In this document: one piece after another, positions 1 through 12,396 of the stretch
Layout: each line of letters begins with the position of its first letter
Numbering within the stretch: the first letter of the stretch is position 1
Virus record (IMG/VR): IMGVR_UViG_3300031992_000028
From: a virus
Lineage: Duplodnaviria; Caudoviricetes
Strand: one strand, 5' to 3'
Length of the DNA: 64,000 nucleotides
Translations under genes and position numbers: made by a program
Notes under the pieces: generated by a model
Seen by the model: only the letters and a program-made list of their open reading frames with translations
What the model was told of the DNA's origin: nothing
Databases searched by the model: none

Positions 1-1673
1 ATAGCGACGAATTCAAAACACCAGTTTCTGAAGAAGAAATTGATGCTGCAAGAAAAGAAGCTGCAGAAGAAAGTTTAGAAGAATGTAATAAACCAGAGTT
101 ATCTGAAGGTGTCACTGATCCTGAAATTGATGCCATTATTAATTCTTGGGGAGATGTTTCTGAAGCTTGTGAAGGACATGACTGCGAAGAAGGTTATACT
201 GGCAACCCAGCTGAACGCACAACTCATTTAGAATACACAGATGATGACCCAACTGATGGTAAAGCTGTCCTTCCAGATAATATTGAAAAACAATTAACTG
301 AAGGCGAAGAATGTGCAGATGGCGAATGTGAAAAGCCGTTAGAGGAATGCGGTGAAAAACCTCTTAAAGAAGAAGACGAAGTTCCAGCTGAAGAAGCTCC
401 AGCAGAAGAACCTACTGAAGAAGAATCGAAAGAAGAGCTTCCAGAAGTAGAATTTACAACCTCAGAAGTTAAAGAAGTTGCTGATAATGTCGCTGAAAAA
501 ATGATTGACAATATTGGAACCAAAGGTTTAACTATTGATACAGAAGAGTGAAAAGCTGATGCTGAAGAAGTTGTTGCTGATGCTGTTGAAGAAAAAATTG
601 AAGCTGAAGAAGAAGTTGAAGCTGAAGAAGAGCCAGCTGAAACTGAAGAAGATGTGGTTGAAGAATCACTTACAGAAGAAGTTTTAGAGGAAGGCCCAAT
701 TAATGCAATTAAAAATGCACTTGCAAATAAAACATTAAATAAATCATTCAGTAAATTTATTGTTAAATGCTATACAAAAGCTGCCCCAAATAAACCAGAA
801 ACAAAAGAATTTGGTAAATTACAAGATGCAGAAGACTATGCAAAAGCTTTTACTCAAAACCCAAGTAACAAAGAAGCTTGGATTTGGGGTGATGAAGTTA
901 AAAAAGAAAATGTGCTTACTGGTTGGGCCAATGGTAAAAGATCAGCTGATTTAAGACAAGGAACTGCAAAAGAATTTGATGCTATTGCTAAATCAGAAAA
1001 AGGTCTTGAAAAAGCTGGTAAAAAAGCTTTAGACGCTGAACCAGAAAAACCTATTACACCTCCAGAAGAAACAGAAGAAGCTCCAGTTAAAGAAGCACCA
1101 GTTGAGGAAACTCCAAAACCTGAAGAAGAAAAACCAGAGGAAACTTCCACAGATGCTTCAAAAAAATTAAAAGTTGCAGATATACTTGCTGCATTAGAAG
1201 CTAAATACCCTGGCAAGAAAAATAATAAGATTGTTGCAGCTATGCTAAAAAATGCTGGTCTTGCAGAAAGTTTAGATTCTACAGAAGCTGTTTCACTTTG
1301 TGAAGCTGTTGATAACCTAGATAGTATTGAGGACTTAAATGAAGAAGCTTTTAATACTAAAATAAGTGAATTCTTAACAGAAGTTTATTCTAATGTTAAA
1401 TCATTTACTGCTACTGAATGCCAACTAATTGAAGAAAAATTAGTTATTACTGGAAAAATTGGTTTTAATAGCGGTAATGAAAAATTAACAGTATTTGAAT
1501 TTTTACCAAATTATGGAGATGGACATTTATTCTTTGAAGGCTATAATAAAGACTTCTCAGAAGATAATGCATTTACATTAAATTATTCAATTAATGAATC
1601 AAAAGAGCTTATTACTGAAAGTTTTGGTTATAAGTATAAAATTAATGAAACATTAGTTGAAGGCTTAAAATAA
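1..1673 (+). CDS. 5'-partial, very acidic virion/head-associated protein (code 4)
   Basis: Frame of ORF 654..1673 is open back to base 3 if TGA at 549 is Trp. Glu-rich with many (S/L)xE motifs (EESLEE, QLTEG, EESLTEE, LITES). Confidence 0.7.
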
Positions 1674-1687
1674 ATATTAAACCAAAT

Positions 1688-1720
1688 GGGCTGGTTAAAT
1701 AGATAGCCAGCCCTTGTTTT
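1688..1720 (+). terminator. Intrinsic terminator
   Basis: gggctgg...ccagccc stem followed by ttgtttt. Confidence 0.6.
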
Positions 1721-1739
1721 CAAAGAAAGGAGTATAAAT

Positions 1740-2249
1740 ATGGCTGAAAATAGAAAAGACTATGGTGTCTTAATAACGCCTGAAATAAAACTACATCGCC
1801 AATATTTCAAAGAAATGGTAAAACTTCTTGGAATTAATTGTATTTATAAAGCTCCTTTACCTGGAAAACACTTTGATACTCATGGCGATTTAGACGCTGA
1901 CTACACACCAGGAGAAGTTGTAGGCGTAATTTTTCAAGAGCACCCAGATCAAAAAACATTAAAGAAGATGGGCTGAGTTGCTGAGCTTCAAGAAGGCTCA
2001 TCAATTATTCATGTCCCATATGACTTACCACATATTCAAGTTGGTGCATTATTTATCATTCCAAGCGGCCTTGATCAAGCACAGGGTCGTGTATTTCGTG
2101 TTATTTCTATGCAAAATATTATGGTTTACCCAGCTTCTATTGCTTGTGAAATTGCTCCTGAATACTTTGATACTGTAGAGCCAGTATTAACAAGAGACTT
2201 TGAAAATAATAATTTTACCATGCTTATAGATCATGAGGAGGATGACTAA
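1740..2249 (+). CDS. Putative neck/head-closure protein (T4 gp14-like), 169 aa
   Basis: AAGGAG RBS; TGA 1974 read as Trp (KKMGWVAE) extends the ORF to TAA 2247-2249, overlapping the next ATG (TAATG); lies upstream of tail genes. Confidence 0.55.
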
Positions 2250-4039
2250 TGACTAAATTTAAGTTAAAAGAATACTCCAGATTTATGCTATCAGAAAAAT
2301 TTATTTTAAATGAAGCTAAATATACTAAAGCAGACATACAAAATATTATCTCAGAATATACAAAAGCAAATCAAGACTTTAAAAATATTTATTCTAGCAT
2401 AGAAGAAAAAATAAAGTCTGAGCTTGCAAAAGCGGAAGAGGCGACTGCAACTGATAAAGATGTAGAAGAATTAAATGAGTTAGCTGATAATATTACAAGT
2501 GGAAATATTACTAATATTACAGATGTTAAAGCAAAAACAAATCAATATCTTACAAAACTTGATGCACGACTCAAAGCTACTCCTGGTTATGATGAAGAAA
2601 AGACACCAAACATTGCTAAAGTAATAAATAAATTAAATAGCTATGCAAATGAAGCAAGTAGAGGTGCTAAAGAAGATGAGGAGACAGAAGATCGCATCAT
2701 TAATCTTATAAAAGAGCTTACTCCATTACTTAACAATATCTTTGCAAAAGATACATCAAAAAATACTCTTTTACAACAAATTATTGATAATCTTACTGTT
2801 TTAAATAATACTAACTTAGATGGTTTTATTAAACAGCTAAAAAGTGATGCTGTTGAAGAATTTATAAAAATAAAAGATGCTTTTACAGGCATTACACAAT
2901 ATTTAACAGAGCTTAATGCAAAAGAAACTATTACTGATGAAGATATTACTGCTCTAAATACTGCAGCAGCTGATGCAGCTAAAACTGTAACTGATAATAT
3001 TGAAAGAATAAAATCAATATTAGAATTAAGAGACGATGCCAAAGCAGCAAAACAAGACGCAGATGAAAATCATCTTGTAGATTTATTAAGAGATACTCAA
3101 AGTGACCCTGCTGCATTTAAAGAAGCTTTAATATCAATTCTTAATATTGCATTTAAAGATGACCAAGCTTTAGTTGAAGCAGCTTTAAAACTAAATGGCG
3201 ATGGCGCCATTGCAGAAGAAATTTTACACTTAGGTGCACTTCCAACAAAAAACCCATTTTTATATTTTATTTATACTAATAAGCAACTAATTACAGGTGG
3301 CAGCATAGATGCTAAAAAATATGCAGTTTTGCATAATAGATATATACAATCTAACGCCAACGATATTTTTGCAGCAGCAGACCTTAGGGGCACTGGACAA
3401 TTAAAAAATAGTGACGTAATTTTTAGTGAATCATTTTATCAATCTGGCACTTCAAACATGGAAAAATATCTTGATATAAGAGAGCAAGTTATGAAGTTAT
3501 TTGATAATAATACTCCATTTAAAAATCAAATTGTGGGTAAAAAATATGCAGGTAAAATTGAAAACTTTTTTAGTGATTTAGTTTATACCAGTGGCAAGTT
3601 ATTTGATAAAGCACAAGGCAGCACTGGAAGCTCTCTTACAAAAACAGTTAAAGATATTGCTCAAATTTCAAATGACCTTAAACGCTGTTTTGATGAAGAC
3701 GCTCTAAAGAGCACAGCAGCAACTGCAGTTATTTCTGTAGATAAAAAGATTGTTACACAGTGAGCTTCACAACTTGGTAACAATAAAGATAGACTTGCAA
3801 AATTAATCTTATTTATCGCTACTAAATACTTAAGCGCTAATGGCGATGCAAAAGCAGTTCAAGACACAATTAATAAATATGAAGAGATTAAAGGAAAATC
3901 TCTTGAAGCAGGTGATATTGTACCATTTACTAACCTAGTTGGTAAAGCTGATATTACTGACAAAAATATTGTAAATATTATTGAGTTAATTGCATCTGCT
4001 GGTGAATTTGTAGGAAGTAAATCAGAAGAGGAAAAATAA
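2249..4039 (+). CDS. Large helical virion protein, 596 aa, possible internal head protein
   Basis: One internal TGA (3761); ends TAA 4037. N-terminus MTKFKLKE...KFILNEA resembles T4-type capsid-targeting/cleavage leaders. Confidence 0.55.
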
Positions 4040-4045
4040 TTAATT

Positions 4046-4375
4046 ATGCTAATTACTGTTACAAGTGATAAATATACTCCTGCTGGTTTAGTTAGTATAA
4101 GAGTTAAAAGATTTGCAAAATATCGCTTATATAGATGAGAATTATCTGAAGCTGATATTATAATTGACAATTATTGTAAAAAAACATATAATTGTTCGTT
4201 AAAAGAAGCTTGCTTACAGATAATTAAAAAAATTAAAATATTTCCAGAAAATACTGATAATACATATATTATTATTTTGCCAGATAAAAGGCTTGATAAA
4301 CTGGCTCATATAATTACTTATGGAAATGGTGAATTTCTTGGAAGTAAGATTTTACAAGAAGCATTAAAATTTTAA
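4046..4375 (+). CDS. Hypothetical protein, 109 aa
   Basis: ATG 4046 to TAA 4373 with one TGA; fills a gap in the ORF track. Confidence 0.6.
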
Positions 4376-4393
4376 GAAAGGAAGTAGCTAACA

Positions 4394-5074
4394 ATGGCAT
4401 TAAGATACTATGATGACGCTGTTATTAAAAAGTTATTACGCTGAATTCCTGAAAATCAGGGGTTACGTGTTTTAAAACCAGACGAATCAAAAAGACTTTT
4501 TGAAATAATTGCAGATGATACTGGCGATAAACCATTTAAACTTCCTTTTATTGCGCTTTCTAGAAATACAGATATTGAACTTTTATCAAATATTAAACAA
4601 AATAGATCTTTTGATGGTTTACGTTTAAATAATAATACTTATGACCCACAAACAGGCGGTTATAAGCTAGAAGATGGCTCGACAATATTATTTAATATTA
4701 TTCCAGTACTACCACAATATCAATTAGATATTTATACAAAAACAGAAGAAGAAGCTGATGAATTATTAAGAAATATCTTATTTAAATTAATTAATAACCC
4801 AGCTATTTATATTTCAATTCCGTACAATGGTAATAATATTATGCATATTGCAAATATAAGAGTATTACCAAATGTTTCAGATAATAGTGGAATAAATGAA
4901 CGAATTTTTTCTGGCCAATTTTATAGATGAACTTTACAACTTGAGATCCACGATGCATTTTTCTTCAGTGTTCCATATAAGCCTAACTGAAGAATTGGTG
5001 AAACAGCCCTCGAAGTATCTAGTAAAATTGATGCAGATGGCGAGATAGAGGAAGTATATAAGTTTGAAAAATAG
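4394..5074 (+). CDS. Tail terminator / sheath stabiliser (T4 gp15-like), 226 aa
   Basis: Open with 3 TGA=Trp; KLPFIALSR and IPVLPQYQLDIY motifs; immediately upstream of the sheath; absent from the code-11 track. Confidence 0.65.
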
Positions 5075-5085
5075 TCAAATAAATA

Positions 5086-5095
5086 TGCTAAATTA
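5086..5095 (+). promoter_or_regulatory. Putative late promoter TGCTAAATTA
   Basis: Recurrent intergenic 10-mer; here upstream of the sheath gene. Confidence 0.7.
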
Positions 5096-5157
5096 ATTGA
5101 GTTATGATTAAAATATAACTTAAACTTGCGAAAGAATAATAATAAGGAGAGATAGAC

Positions 5158-6822
5158 ATGCCAAAAATTGTTATTAAAGAAATCGACAAAACAAAAGCTG
5201 GCTTAGGTGAATATTCTAATTTTACTGTTTTTGTTCCTGGTTTTGTTAGTAGTAATAAGATTAAACCAACTACTGGCACCATAGACAGAACAAAAACATA
5301 TTTTGATGATATTGCTGATGAGAATGGCGTTGCTGAACTTTCTGATCAAGCTGACTTTATCAAATATGTTGGTAAAGTTGCTCAAACAGTTGAACCTATT
5401 GCTGCTAAAGCTCCAGTATTAGCAAAACTTACTCCAGATGCTTCAGAAGCTGCAGCTCGTTATGCAGCAAGAACAGTTTCTGCATCTGAATTCTATATTA
5501 CATATAGGGGCCAATTATATACACTTGATACTAGTGAAACTCCTTCACAAAATGGTCATTTAAAAGCAGCAAGCAATATTGTAGTAAGAGACGGAGAAAC
5601 AGACATTGAGATTACTGGTACAGTTGGTGTTTATAATTTTGCAGACCCAGATAAAGCAAATACATGAGATGCAAACACTGAGTATTTTAGAATTTTACCT
5701 GGTGATGAAGGTACTGACTATGTTGAAGTAAACCCACAAGTCGGAAATCAAATTGCTTATGAACTTTTAGGAATAGGCTACAAAGTCTTATTCAAACAAA
5801 TTACACAAAATGAAATTGATGGCCTCGGTGATGATGATATGAAAGATGATTCATTCTGGGCACCATTTGCTGATAAAGCTACTTATGACTTTAGATATCT
5901 TATTAGTGGCTTTATGCAAACTGATAACACAGCTGCTACTACATATACAAGTATTCATAATGCTATTTGTAAATTAGCTACTGAACGTGGTGACTGTGTT
6001 GCTCTTATTGACATTCCAGAATATTGTTATAATACAGCAGCAACTGATTATAAAGTAGAAGTTGCAAAATATACTGCTGGTATTAGTGCTTCTGATAAAT
6101 ATACAGCATTCTTCATGCCGACTGTTGAATATAACATGACTGAAGATTCAGTATATAATAATTCTAAATTCCCAGGATATTTCCATTATTTACTTTGCGC
6201 AAGTGATGCATTTGTTAATTACCCAGAATGGTTTGCTGTTGCAGGCTATACTCGTGGTGTTTCACATGTATATTCTGTTAAAGCTACTACTAAAAAACTT
6301 GGTGATGCAGCTGTTAACTTATTTGAACCTAGAACTAAAGTTAAAGTTGGCAAAGATGGAAATGATGATTTATTTATTACAAAAGCTATTAATATTATTT
6401 CCACAATTAAAGGTGCCCATTATTTATGGGGCAATAGGACTGCTTTCTTACTAGGTGATGCAGATGATCCAGTTAATGATGATTTAGTTGCAAGCCATTT
6501 CTTAAATATTAGACAACTTTGTACTACTATTAAAAAAGAATTATATGTCACATGCCGTAGATTTACATTTGACCCAAATAGTGATATCTTATGGATCAAC
6601 TTCTGTAATGCTATTTCACCTCTATTAGATAGAATGAAAGCAAATCAAGGTATTGAAGACTATAAGATTGTTAAAGTGCCTGTAGATACAAAAGGCTTAT
6701 TAAAAGCAAAAATTAGAATCGTTCCTATTGAAGCAGTTGAAGACTTTGAACTTGAGCTATTCTTGGAAGATTCAATTACTGGCACCAGTGTTGAAATTGA
6801 TGAAAGCAACGGAACAAACTAA
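5158..6822 (+). CDS. Tail sheath protein (T4 gp18-like), 554 aa
   Basis: ORFs 5158 and 5839 fuse over TGA 5665. Motifs RGDCVALID, WFAVAGYTRG, LWGNRT, FLNIRQL, FDPN, IVPIEAVE are typical of the sheath C-terminal domain. Confidence 0.9.
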
Positions 6823-6842
6823 CTTAAAGGAGACTAAGAATT

Positions 6843-7442
6843 ATGTATAATGATACTGAAGGATTATCTGGTCAACACATTAGCACAAACCTTGCTAACT
6901 ATGAAGCTGCTCGTACTGGTTTCTTCTCATTTATCGTAAATGATATTGATGGAATTATTAGAGCAACTTATTCTGGCGACAGATCAAAAGAAATTCCAGA
7001 GAGCGATAGAATTGCTAATGCTCAACAATATTTAAAGCTTAATGTTGTTAAAGCTGATGTTCCACACTTCACACTTGAAACATTACAATACAAACGTGGT
7101 AATGACACAATTAAGTTTGCTGGAACTCCTACTTTTGAGGCTGGCACACTTGTTGTTGATGACGTCGTTGGAATTGATACAAAGTCAATCTTAATGGCTT
7201 GGCAAGCACTTGCATATGATGTTCATTCACGTCGTGGTGGAAGAATGAAAGACTATAAGAAAGACTGCACATTAGTTGAATATACTCAAGACTTTGAAGA
7301 AGTCAGAAGTTGGAAACTATATGGTTGCTGGATTTCTGGTCTATCAGAAGACTCATTCGATAAAGAAAATGATGGTAAACGTCAAATCTCTGCTACCATT
7401 GAATATGATAGAGCCGAAATGATTATGCCACAACGTGGATAA
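6843..7442 (+). CDS. Tail tube protein (T4 gp19-like), 199 aa
   Basis: KFAG, DYKKD, WKLYGCWIS, TIEYD motifs; follows the sheath. Confidence 0.9.
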   Translation: MYNDTEGLSGQHISTNLANYEAARTGFFSFIVNDIDGIIRATYSGDRSKEIPESDRIANAQQYLKLNVVKADVPHFTLETLQYKRGNDTIKFAGTPTFEAGTLVVDDVVGIDTKSILMAWQALAYDVHSRRGGRMKDYKKDCTLVEYTQDFEEVRSWKLYGCWISGLSEDSFDKENDGKRQISATIEYDRAEMIMPQRG

Positions 7443-7460
7443 TCTCAACTAAAAATTTAT

Positions 7461-7497
7461 AAAAAAGACTATTAAAAACAATAGTCTTTTTATTTTT
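7461..7497 (+). terminator. Intrinsic terminator
   Basis: aaaagactatt/aatagtctttt stem plus T-tract. Confidence 0.75.
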
Positions 7498-7536
7498 ATA
7501 TAAATAGATTTAATAAATATTTAATAAATATAAATC

Positions 7537-7546
7537 TGCTAAATTA
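7537..7546 (+). promoter_or_regulatory. Putative late promoter TGCTAAATTA
   Basis: Motif copy after a terminator. Confidence 0.7.
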
Positions 7547-7569
7547 TATGATCGAAAGGAAATAAAAAT

Positions 7570-7731
7570 ATGGGTAGGATCAAACTAGATAGAAGCAACA
7601 AAGTAATGCAAACATTTGAATCTACAAAGCCGTTAAAAGCACGACTTGAAAAGATTGCACAAAGAAAAAACATTACCGTTTCAGCTTTAATTAGAGAAAT
7701 CTTAGAAACTTATATTGAAGAAAGGAACTAA
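7570..7731 (+). CDS. Ribbon-helix-helix (CopG/Arc-like) DNA-binding protein, 53 aa
   Basis: GAAAGGA RBS; LKARLEKIAQRKNITVSALIREILETYI fits the RHH pattern. Confidence 0.7.
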   Translation: MGRIKLDRSNKVMQTFESTKPLKARLEKIAQRKNITVSALIREILETYIEERN

Positions 7732-7735
7732 AAAT

Positions 7736-8506
7736 ATGGGAGAAGAAAGACAAACTAACTATACTGTTATGGAAGGCTACGAGCTTCCATCAAAAGGACT
7801 TATTTATGATAAGCCAGTTAATTCGCATGTCGAATTAAGAAGCATGAGTGCAAGAGATGAAATGAAACGTTTATCTCCAAGTACAACTCCATTTAAAACA
7901 CTCGCAGACATCATTGAAGGCTGTATGATTGAAAAACCAGCTGTTCATGTATATGATATGGCAATAGGTGATTATGAATATTTACTTCATAAGTTAAGAA
8001 TTGTTACTTATGGTGATGAATATAAAGTAGAATTACGCTGCCCATTCTGTGGTGAATTATTTGACTCAGTAACTCATCTTGATGAAATTACAGTTAAAGA
8101 ATTTGATAAAGAAAAATTTGAGACCCTTAGAAATTTACATTTACCAAAAAGTAATCATGATGTGGTTTTAAAATTTCAAACTCCACATATTTTAGACGAA
8201 ATTGATAGCAAAACTAGAGAATATAAGCGTCGTTATAAAGATGCCACAATTAGTTTTGACTTATTAGCAATTTTAATAAATTCTATTGAATCTGTTGATG
8301 GCATTGAAATGAATCAGCTTGACTTAGAAAACTTTATTAACAAGCTTCCAGCTTATGATATGACAAAGATTATCAATACTTTAGATGAATTAAATGCAAG
8401 TGTTGGTATTAATAATGAGCTACAAGTCGTCTGTCCACATTGTGGGGCTGACGTAGAAACCTTTTTTCGCTTCGGGACCGAGTTTTTTAGACCCTCAAAC
8501 ATCTAA
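7736..8506 (+). CDS. Baseplate hub / tail assembly chaperone (T4 gp26-like), 256 aa
   Basis: YELPSKG, CPFC/CPHC pairs, C-terminal GTEFFRP; lies between tube and tape measure. Confidence 0.75.
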   Translation: MGEERQTNYTVMEGYELPSKGLIYDKPVNSHVELRSMSARDEMKRLSPSTTPFKTLADIIEGCMIEKPAVHVYDMAIGDYEYLLHKLRIVTYGDEYKVELRCPFCGELFDSVTHLDEITVKEFDKEKFETLRNLHLPKSNHDVVLKFQTPHILDEIDSKTREYKRRYKDATISFDLLAILINSIESVDGIEMNQLDLENFINKLPAYDMTKIINTLDELNASVGINNELQVVCPHCGADVETFFRFGTEFFRPSNI

Positions 8507-8714
8507 AGATGGGAAACCTTACGGTCCTAAAAGATTTAAGGAAATCGTAAAAGAATGCTGATATATTAGCGATAACTTGCATACTAGTTATACTGATATA
8601 TTAGACTTAAGCTTTCAAGAAAGAGTATATCTAATTGAGCTTATAAATGAAAAACAAACCGCTACTAAGAAAGCAATGGAAGAAATACAAACAAAAAACA
8701 AACTTAAAAAATAA
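8487..8714 (+). CDS. Frameshift extension of the tail chaperone (G/GT-type; gp51-like)
   Basis: Startless +1-frame ORF (LDPQTSK...ECWYISDNLHTSYTDILDLSFQERVYLIELINEK) overlapping TTT TTT runs at the chaperone 3' end; contains TGA 8559. Confidence 0.6.
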
Positions 8715-8739
8715 TTAAATTATTAGGTGGGATTAGCTT

Positions 8740-10863
8740 ATGGCAATGACAAAAAAAGACTCGCACAACTATGAACAAGAATTCTTAGAAGCTAATGTTA
8801 AGTTAGCAAGCTATGAATTTGATCTTGAAAATAAGCTTTTTGAGCTTCGTCTTTCTAATGCTCAAAAATTAATTCAAGCAAAAGAAAATTATGAAAAAGC
8901 CGGCCTTGACAAAATTGCTAAGCTAAATCTTTTATATACCGATAAAGACGTAGAAGCAGCTAAAAAAGCTGCTAAAGCAAAAATAGAGCTTCAAATAAGA
9001 GAAGAAAGAAAAGCACAAGGTAAAAAGCCTACTGGTAAGCTAACAAAAGCTGAAAAAGATATAATTAAAGCGAAACAAGAAGCAGAAGAAAAAGCTATTG
9101 ATGCTCGTTATGAAAAAGAAAAGAAAATTGCTGCTAAAATTCATAAACAAGCACAAAAAGACATTGCAGCTGAGAATGCTGCTCGTGCTTCGAGTGAATT
9201 AAAATCTGGACTTTTTGGTAAGGGCAAATCATTAGCAGACAGAAAGCAAGCACTATATAATGCTTTTCATCAAAATAGTGATGGTTCAAAAAATACACTT
9301 GCTGGTCTTGCTACCTTGACAAATGCATTATCTGATTTAACTAAACAATTAGATAGTAAAATTGAATATATTGCTGGTAAAAAGAGTGCTATTGATACAA
9401 GATTACATGGCTGAGGTGGTAAGAGAAAACTTGGTTCATACTGAGATGCTATTAGCACTGATATTATTGGCGTTGCTGGCGCTTCTCCGTTTATTAAACA
9501 AACTGCTGTTATCTCAAATGTTGAGTCAATGGTTGATGCAGGTATTGCATATAATGTCGAACAACGTGCTTTTTTACAAACAATTAAAGATAAAATTGCA
9601 ACAACATTTGATGCCAATAATGGAACTCTTTTAAGATTGGTCCGTATTCAACAAGCTGATTCTACAGCTGCTCGTTTAGGTATGGAGTCAACAATGAACT
9701 CATTCTTAAATAATATGTATGAAAATACTGAGTATTTAAAAAATGTTGCAACATCAGTAAAAAGTAGCTTAGAAGAAGCTATGTCACTTATGAGTGCAAC
9801 TGAAGCTGTAAGTTTTGAATACCAAGTCCAAAAATGAATGGGCTCATTATATTCTGTTGGTATGTCTCAAGGTGCAGTAAATAATATTGCTGGCACTCTT
9901 GGTAAATTAGCAGCAGGCGATATTTCTGGTATTACTGGTGGTGGTGCTGGAAACTTGCTCGTTATGGCAGCAAATAAAGCAAACTTATCTTTAGCTGATA
10001 TGCTTGCAAATGGCTTAGATGATAGTGATACTAATAAATTATTAAATGCTATGACGGACTACCTTGCACAGATTGCAAATGATTCTAAAAATAGCCGTGT
10101 TGTTCAGCAACAAATTGCAAATGTTTATGGTTTAACCGCATCTGATTTAAGAGCTGCTCAAAACTTATCAAAGACAAGAGGAATTGTTGCTGGGTCTTCA
10201 CTTAGTTATAATGATGCATTAGCACAGCTAACAAGTATGGCAAGCACAATGTGGCTGAGAACAAGTATGGGTGAGATGATGACCAATGCTTGAGATAATC
10301 TACAATATACCATGGCTGGCGGTATTGCTAATAACCCACTTTTATACGGTATTTATAAAGCTGCTGGTTTATTAAATTCAGTTGCTGGTGGTATTGCTTT
10401 ACCTGATATTAAGGTTATGGGTTCAGGTGTTAACTTACAAACAACAGTAGCTGATTTAATGAATGTTGCGGCTTTGTCTGGCAGTATTCTACAGGGCCTT
10501 GGAACTATGATTGCTGCTGGTGGTGGCGGTGGTTTTTCTGGTGTTGGAATGCTAAAAGCTATGGGTATTTCAACAGTTTCTAAAGGTGGTTATACAACTA
10601 GACAAGGTGGAGGTGTATCAGAATCTGGCCTTGTTGGAAACTCTTCTAAAGATGATGCTTATAATCAAACTATGGCAGACGCCAATGATACACAAAAATC
10701 TACTATGGCAAATGCTAAGGAAGAGGAAGACCAAGACGTTCAAAATAAAGTTATAAATGAAAATGTTGTAAACATTTATAGATTATTACAAAGCCTTACT
10801 AATGGTACTGCATCTATTAATGTTAATACTGGTGCAGACCGACATAATGGTCTAGCATATTAG
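8740..10863 (+). CDS. Tape measure protein, 707 aa
   Basis: Four ORF fragments in one frame fuse via TGA; Ala/Gly/Lys-rich helical sequence; canonical position. Confidence 0.75.
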
Positions 10864-10875
10864 GAGGAATAGCTA

Positions 10876-12396
10876 ATGATAGAATTTAATAGTGATCATA
10901 TTGTTGTTGGTCAAATAAAACAGCTATTAGCTACTTTTAACTTACCTACTTATAGAGTATATACAAAAGAAAATCAAATCTACTACGATATGTATGGTGA
11001 AGAAAGAAATATTGTTGAGTCAGTACCAATAACAGACGCTGCAAATAAAACACACATTAGATATATTGAATATATAAAAAATAATAAAATTCAGCGTTTT
11101 TACGATAATGAATGACACGATACTAATAGAGTATACTTTTATAATAAAAAAGAGCTTAATCACACAAAAAATTTAAAAATACAAAATAATTTGTATGATA
11201 CTTATACTCATGAATATCTCGGTAATTATTTACGTTTCCAAAGAGACTATAATAATATAAATATGATGCCATTCTATAACTGCTTCAGTAATAGACTTGT
11301 TCAACATTTGTCTTATAATTTTATACTTGCTGGAGAAACACCTACTGAAAATAAACAAATTATTTTTGATAGCGAAGACACCAAATATAAGATTTATATG
11401 GTGCCAGTAAAAATGTTCAATAAATATACTATTGCAATTGACAGCTCAGAAGGACTTGAACTTTGTTGTGGTATTTATGGCCAATATCAAGACACACGAG
11501 AAAAATTAAAAAATATTCCAGCTCTAACTTATTTAAAAGTAAATAGCTGTAATTTTAGTGCTCCTTTCTTATATTCTGGGCTAGATAATATTATAGATTT
11601 TATGCAGCCTGATTCTGCAGCAGAGCTTGCTACAGTAGAAAAAGACTTAAAGTTATTTATAAAATTACCGGCAAATAATAAGTCTTCAATTGTAATTTTA
11701 GAGGGAAATTACTTAAATTGAAATGATAAATATGTTGTAAGTGCAACTATCCAATACCTAGACCCTGAAGATCCTAAATATGATCCAACCAAATCTTTGG
11801 ATAACCCAATTAATTTTAGTCAAGCTAATATTGAAAAAAATCATTCTATAAATAATTATGATGAAACTAACATTATTCGTGGTTTAATACGTAGTGATAG
11901 TAACTTCATACAATATTTACCAGATATTAATGCAAATATAGACTATAGGAACTTAAACTTAATTACTACTTTGCAACTACTATTGTTAAATACTGGTATT
12001 CAATACCCATTTTCTAATATATTAATTGAATTTCTTACCGGCAATATGGTTACTCCAATTGATGAGATAGACGCTAATATAAAGCGTGCCCAACAAATTG
12101 CAGTTGAAAATGGAAATACAAATGTCTTAGTAGATGGTATTTGGTCACAAAAATTACAAATGCTGCTTTATGATTTTGTTAATGCAGCATATTCTAGAAA
12201 TAAATTAATTTCTTCAGAAAAACTTGATACTACTGGCTTTATAGATAAAGAAGTTGAATCACATTATAATAGTATTGTAGCACATACAGACCCTAATAAA
12301 GGAACACTTGTAATTGACAATGTAATTAATACTTTACGTGATATCAATTTATATGAAAATACTTTTAGAAACACATATAAAGGGAGGAAAAAATAA
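10876..12396 (+). CDS. Tail/baseplate structural protein, 506 aa
   Basis: Three in-frame fragments joined by TGA 11113 and 11719; AGGAGG RBS. Confidence 0.6.
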
